Shown piece after piece: positions 29,051 through 33,712 of a DNA stretch of 33,712 nucleotides. Location: positions 1-33,712 of the IMG/VR virus record IMGVR_UViG_3300014775_001916; one strand, given 5' to 3'. How positions within the stretch are numbered: the first letter of the stretch is position 1; each line of letters begins with the position of its first letter. The translations under genes and the position numbers were made by a program. The notes beneath the pieces were generated by a model that saw only the letters and a program-made list of their open reading frames with translations, had not been told where the DNA came from and did no database searches. This DNA comes from a virus. Lineage: Duplodnaviria > Caudoviricetes.

Positions 29051-29536
29051 TTATTTTCCAGAACTTCCAAACCCTTTACTACCTCTATCTGACTCAACAA
29101 CATCATCAACAAATTCACAATGAGGTTGTAATAATGGATATACTACAAATTGAGCAATTCTATCACCTTTCTTAACTGTGTATGCAGTATCACCAAAATT
29201 ATAGACTTTAACGCCAAGATCTCCACGATAACCGTTATCAATTACACCAAGATGTGGCTGTAAATTGTGCTTGAATCCAAGACCAGATCTAGGCTCAATT
29301 CTAAACCAATATCCAGGCTCAATAAATGCGAGTTTTAAACCTACAGGTACTACACTACTTCCAGGGTTACGGGGATTCCATGGAACTAACGTATCTTGAA
29401 CAGCTACTAAATCATATCCAGAGTCACCGGTTCCCAATTCGCTGTTATTAGCTTTAGGTAGTTGTGCGTCTTCATGTGTTTTAACAAACTTAACTCTCGG
29501 GTTGATTATCAAATGCTGTTTAGTGATTAAATCCAT
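29051..29536 (-). CDS. dut: Trimeric dUTPase
   Basis: All five motifs: GDSGYDL, PRSGLG, GVIDNGYRGDL, GDRIAQ, RGSKGFGSSG. Confidence 0.95.
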   Translation of the reverse strand: MDLITKQHLIINPRVKFVKTHEDAQLPKANNSELGTGDSGYDLVAVQDTLVPWNPRNPGSSVVPVGLKLAFIEPGYWFRIEPRSGLGFKHNLQPHLGVIDNGYRGDLGVKVYNFGDTAYTVKKGDRIAQFVVYPLLQPHCEFVDDVVESDRGSKGFGSSGK

Positions 29537-29748
29537 GTTGTACCGAAATTATATGTGCTAGGTTCAGAAGGTCCACTACCTTTAGGTTTTTGTTCAGTTT
29601 CGTTTAGTAACGTCTTACCTTCAAAACTACTCCCCTCGGTATTTACAGTTTTTGCAACTCCATTTTGTTCTAACCAGCTTAATAATGCTTGAGTTTGCTC
29701 GGGGTTGAGTGTAAAACTACCATGTCCGTCAATGTTTAATGTCGCCAT
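29527..29748 (-). CDS. Hypothetical protein (73 aa)
   Basis: Likely start ATG 29748 (MATLNIDGHG), 7 nt downstream of a TATAAT at 29761-29756. Confidence 0.65.
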   Translation of the reverse strand: MATLNIDGHGSFTLNPEQTQALLSWLEQNGVAKTVNTEGSSFEGKTLLNETEQKPKGSGPSEPSTYNFGTTWI

Positions 29749-29796
29749 AATATATATTATAGGTGATTGTCGAGTGTTTTCCACTAAATATTTTAT

Positions 29797-30291
29797 ATGA
29801 GCGATCAAAACGACAATATCGATGATATAAACATCGATTCATTAGTTGATCAATTAAAAGACAACAACAAAGTTAACAATCAGATTCAAAATAACGAAGA
29901 GTTTAAACTTGAAAAAGAACAAATTGAAGATTTTGTTGTAGATAAATCTGGAAAACTAATCAATCAAAGTCTCGAAGTTTTAGAAAACGTTAAAGACTAT
30001 ATTATGGCATCAGGAGATCCAGACAGTATTAGCTCTCTTGCAGATTTAATTAATGCTTCAAGTAAATCTTTGGACACTTTGAACAAAATTGTTGTTCAAA
30101 ATAAAAGAACTGCTACTACACTCACTGCAAAACAAATGGATATCGATTCAAAACACGCTATTGAAGAAAAACGAAATGATGATGCATTTATTGGATCTCG
30201 AGACGAAGTGTTTAAGAAAATATTAAATCAAGCAAAAGTTATAGAAGCTGAATCTGTAGATGATAGTCTTGATTCTAACTCTGGTCAATAG
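29797..30291 (+). CDS. Putative terminase small subunit (T4 gp16-like)
   Basis: 164 aa helical hairpin LINQSLEVLE..ASGDPDSISSLADLINASSKSLDTLNKI and C-terminal FIGSRDEVFKKI resemble the gp16 F-x-G-S-x-x-E motif; CTAAATA 6 nt upstream. Confidence 0.6.
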   Translation: MSDQNDNIDDINIDSLVDQLKDNNKVNNQIQNNEEFKLEKEQIEDFVVDKSGKLINQSLEVLENVKDYIMASGDPDSISSLADLINASSKSLDTLNKIVVQNKRTATTLTAKQMDIDSKHAIEEKRNDDAFIGSRDEVFKKILNQAKVIEAESVDDSLDSNSGQ

Positions 30292-31444
30292 CCTCTGTAT
30301 TTCTTGGTTTTAAAATATCGTTACCAACGTTTTTATTAATAGATTGTATTTTATTTTTTAATAAATCTACCTTTACAATGTTACGTTCTATCAGTGTCTC
30401 TATAATAGGACTAGGAGACTTTTGTTTATTTTGGGCATTTTTCATATAAAACAAAAGTTCATATGAACTACCTATTGATGCCGCTACAATACCATTTAGC
30501 TTTTGAGCTGATGCTGCAACTCTTCTAATATGTGAGTAATCAGGCATTAAATTTTGTTGATGGGAAAGATCTTGAACTCCAAAACTTTCCATAATTTTTT
30601 TGATGTGTGATCTAAATAAAACATTAGTTCTTTCAGTTATTTCAGCATCAAACTCTGAACTAAAACGTGTTAATTTATCTTCTATACTTGGAGGTAACGT
30701 TGAAACTGGACCGGAGTTCCCGTCAAAAGCAACATCGAGTAATATATGTACATCTAACGGATTAGTAGACTCTGATATTCTACAAAGACTACCTATACTG
30801 TCACCCAAATCTTTAAAAGTATCATCTAATGGATCGACATTAAATTCTTTTATAGCTTTTTTATATTCTTCTTTTACCTTATGATGAGAAGACTGAAACT
30901 TGTCGTACCAGTAATTTAAAATTTCAAGATCCATATTTTCTACACCAAATTTTTCTTCAAGTTTGTTTAACCCGTCTTTTACTTGTTTATTAATATCTTC
31001 TGTCATTTCATACCATCTATGCTCATTAGTCGCTAAATCAAAAGCATGAAATGCACTAGCTGCAACAAAATCAGATATAGAGTTCCTTTCTGGTAGACCG
31101 TCATCATCAACTATCCACACTTCAGTAGGTTTTAAAAATGTGTTTAACTTAGTTAGTTTATATGCAATAGCATTATCTTCAAACACTTTAGGATTATACG
31201 CACCTCTAATATCTGTGTCTAATTTTAATTCGTTTTGATTTAATGATAAAAAGAAATTTACTTGTGAAGTTATTGGATCGCCGGTTTGTTTAGCATAATT
31301 GTACACGTAATATGCAGCTATATCATTAGCATAATCATTTAATACTTTGATATGATTTGTAGTAGCAATATGGAAATCAAGTGTATTAGTTAAATCTATA
31401 TTAACTAAATTAGAAATTCCTGTTTTTAATGGAAATGTTGCCAT
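30275..31444 (-). CDS. Hypothetical protein
   Basis: 389 aa ORF, TAG-T-ATG coupled to the upstream hub-like gene; no motif recognised. Confidence 0.7.
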   Translation of the reverse strand: MATFPLKTGISNLVNIDLTNTLDFHIATTNHIKVLNDYANDIAAYYVYNYAKQTGDPITSQVNFFLSLNQNELKLDTDIRGAYNPKVFEDNAIAYKLTKLNTFLKPTEVWIVDDDGLPERNSISDFVAASAFHAFDLATNEHRWYEMTEDINKQVKDGLNKLEEKFGVENMDLEILNYWYDKFQSSHHKVKEEYKKAIKEFNVDPLDDTFKDLGDSIGSLCRISESTNPLDVHILLDVAFDGNSGPVSTLPPSIEDKLTRFSSEFDAEITERTNVLFRSHIKKIMESFGVQDLSHQQNLMPDYSHIRRVAASAQKLNGIVAASIGSSYELLFYMKNAQNKQKSPSPIIETLIERNIVKVDLLKNKIQSINKNVGNDILKPRNTEAIDQS

Positions 31445-31445
31445 A

Positions 31446-33695
31446 CTATTCTTCTACTACTTCTAATCGAACTTCACCTGTAGTTTCATCAAGAGTACCA
31501 ACTACAGCTCTTTCACCTACATTATCCCAATTTATGTTTACTTCATATGTTGGTTCAGATGTATGCATTTTAACACAATCTATATTATTAATATATTGGT
31601 TGTTTTTAAATAAGAATGAATGTGTTATTCTTGTTGTAAACCATTCTCCTGGTAATAATTTACTCATATAAGAGTCTTTGTCTACATTTCTTAGAGTTAA
31701 TAATATGAATCTACCGACAGTTCTATGACCGGACCCTGCAATCTCAAAATTTATCATAGGAGCTCCAGCAAATGTTTTATTTATTATGTGATTTACACCC
31801 ATAGGAAATCGTTCTTCTTTTACTCCCGAAGGTCCCGTAACATGGTCAATTAATTTGTTAGTAGCTTTTTGTTCATTAATAGGTAAAATTGCTGAAGCTG
31901 TTGAGAACCCTCTAGAACCTGGCATGTTATTTGCATGTCTATCTTGGATTTGATTTTTAGCTTCTAAAATAGTATGGTTTGACTGTTCAATAATAAATTG
32001 CTTGTTGTCGTATACATGAACAGCTCTAGATATCATTTTATTTGAGCTAAACTCATTATCTATGTTAAGTAAACTAAAGTTTTCTAAACCTTCAAATTCA
32101 AAAAGTAAATTCTCAGATAATCCATGATTACCAGGCATAACTTTTCCAGTAACATTAGGGTCTGATGACTCGGTGTATACGCCTGCTTCACCTACAAAAG
32201 AATCTATAATAAACGGAGCTATGTTATTTTTAGAATAACCTTTTTTAAAGTAATCTTCAATGCTTCTAAGAGAAAAAGCTTTTATTTGTCTATCATATGT
32301 TAAAAAACAATAGTCACCAGTATTTTTACTTACATGTCTGTCTAACAAATATTCTAAATCATCATATACTACTGATTGCGGTGACGAGCTGTAAAAAACA
32401 TCTGTTTCGCCTATGTCCCAATCGGAAGCAAAATTTTTATCAGTTAAACCTAAAAAATTAGTTAATAAATCTTTAATTGCTAATCCTGTTTTCTCTTTTC
32501 TAAAGCTGTTACTAACTTGACCAGAATTAAAATTTAAATTTAAATTTCTTTTTTTCGCTGCAGCAGTGTTCCATTCTATATTAGAGTCAATTAATAATTG
32601 TTCTCTAATATCTAGTAAGTTGTATTTTTTAATTTTAGTTGTTCCACCACCATCTACAAATTCTTGCTCTTCTCTTACATGATATACACCTTGAAATGAA
32701 TAATGATCGCGTAAGTTTTTTTCTCTAATAGTAGGTGAAACAGAAATGTAAAAATACTCTTTTCCGTCACTGTTAAAATTAAAGCTTTTCGAAAAAAGCC
32801 TTTCATTTAACTCGTTTGTAATATCCTCAACTAAGTTTTCTAAGAAATTTCCTGAAGTATTAACAGATAATTGAACTGTTGGGAATATACCGTAAATTGA
32901 TTCTTCAACAATTATTGAAACAATATGACCATTGCTAATTTGCATAGCATGGTCACCGTTAAAAAATATAACATTTACTGTATAGTCTTGGCTATTAAAG
33001 ACATATCCATTATCGCTAGTTTCATTCTTAATATTTTCTTTCATACTATTAAAAGTATCTTCATGACATACATCATCCATACACTGAGTCAAGGTAACTA
33101 GATTGTTAAATGATCTAGTAAACAAATCTTCTCTACTGTAGCTAAGTGGATATGCCCCTAATAGAATACTATCTTGTGCATCAACAGCATTAAAGGTAAT
33201 CGCTACCTTTGATCTATTCAATATTTCATATTTATCTACTGGAGATACATTCCCTAGATATCGTGGCGAGTTTAACTTTATAGGGCCATAAGCTTTTACC
33301 TTATAGTTTGAGCACAGAAATGTTGCAAGGAAAGCAACCTTTTCGTCATCACAAAATACAGAGATATCTGTTTTCTCTACATCTTCTTTAAAACCTAGAG
33401 CATCTAGATTAGGTTTAGGAATATCCTTAGTTATATCTATTGTTATATCTGCTTTAGGATTATCTGCCTGAGTCCCAAAAGAAATAATCTTGGCCTTATT
33501 CTGTTCGCGATATGCTTGAACCATGCCATCTATATATTTCTCTTCTAGAACTAATACATCTGGTTGATATTCATTTATTGCCTTAGCAAGCTGAGTCATA
33601 TCTTTAATAGCGGCCAATGGCCCGATTCTACTCGCCGCTACATTAATATCTCTAGAAGTAGGATAAGGCATCTCTGCCTGCGTTAATATTCTCAT
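31446..33695 (-). CDS. Baseplate hub-like (gp27-like) protein with N-terminal glycosyltransferase-like region
   Basis: After about aa 225: IVSIIVEESIYGIFPTVQLSV and INFEIAGSGHRTVGRFILL...GEWFTTRITHSF are hub-like. aa 1-217: INEYQPDVLVLE and RYLGNVSPVDKYEILNRSKVAITF resemble a GT-B/CgeB-like fold. AGGAG 8 nt upstream of ATG. Confidence 0.55.
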   Translation of the reverse strand: MRILTQAEMPYPTSRDINVAASRIGPLAAIKDMTQLAKAINEYQPDVLVLEEKYIDGMVQAYREQNKAKIISFGTQADNPKADITIDITKDIPKPNLDALGFKEDVEKTDISVFCDDEKVAFLATFLCSNYKVKAYGPIKLNSPRYLGNVSPVDKYEILNRSKVAITFNAVDAQDSILLGAYPLSYSREDLFTRSFNNLVTLTQCMDDVCHEDTFNSMKENIKNETSDNGYVFNSQDYTVNVIFFNGDHAMQISNGHIVSIIVEESIYGIFPTVQLSVNTSGNFLENLVEDITNELNERLFSKSFNFNSDGKEYFYISVSPTIREKNLRDHYSFQGVYHVREEQEFVDGGGTTKIKKYNLLDIREQLLIDSNIEWNTAAAKKRNLNLNFNSGQVSNSFRKEKTGLAIKDLLTNFLGLTDKNFASDWDIGETDVFYSSSPQSVVYDDLEYLLDRHVSKNTGDYCFLTYDRQIKAFSLRSIEDYFKKGYSKNNIAPFIIDSFVGEAGVYTESSDPNVTGKVMPGNHGLSENLLFEFEGLENFSLLNIDNEFSSNKMISRAVHVYDNKQFIIEQSNHTILEAKNQIQDRHANNMPGSRGFSTASAILPINEQKATNKLIDHVTGPSGVKEERFPMGVNHIINKTFAGAPMINFEIAGSGHRTVGRFILLTLRNVDKDSYMSKLLPGEWFTTRITHSFLFKNNQYINNIDCVKMHTSEPTYEVNINWDNVGERAVVGTLDETTGEVRLEVVEE

Positions 33696-33712
33696 TAAAT
33701 AAACTCCTGTGC

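Noticed and set aside
4105-31671. Remaining short ORFs nested in or antisense to long genes (e.g. 4105-4425, 4494-4940, 6289-6714, 10725-11126, 25349-25780, 30600-30884)
   Set aside because: They overlap well-supported genes, have antisense-typical composition and show no motifs or expression signals.
1-33712. Alternative genetic code, tRNA or rRNA genes
   Set aside because: Long genes tile the window under the standard code with very short intergenic gaps; no tRNA- or rRNA-like sequence was recognised by eye.

Overview
AT-rich segment of a large T4-like (myovirus) bacteriophage genome, probably uncultured. Most genes are on the minus strand. Right to left: a baseplate-hub-like gene with an unexpected glycosyltransferase-like N-terminus, a gp16-like small terminase, dUTPase, a gp44-like clamp loader, gp25 and gp6 baseplate wedge genes, four very large baseplate/tail-associated proteins (PKD, beta-propeller and split LamG domains), a tail fibre with its chaperone, a 2OG-Fe(II) oxygenase-like gene, a full-length ClpC, a HEXXH protein, a DUF932 protein and a signal-peptide-bearing trypsin-like protease. 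The most striking feature is absent from the supplied ORF track because it runs off the window edge: an uninterrupted minus-strand ORF from 2866 to <1 (at least 955 aa) under a perfect T4 late promoter. It carries two tandem 150-aa Hint (intein-like) domains, each with C|CF...HN|K junctions, that bracket a 43-aa Cys/Pro-rich peptide, suggesting a self-processing phage polyprotein. Other patterns: TAAATA late promoters only 5-12 nt upstream of start codons, a recurrent TARTATG gene junction, and strong [LIV]-S-[AG] enrichment confined to peripheral virion proteins. All family assignments come from motif recognition by eye; no database searches were run.
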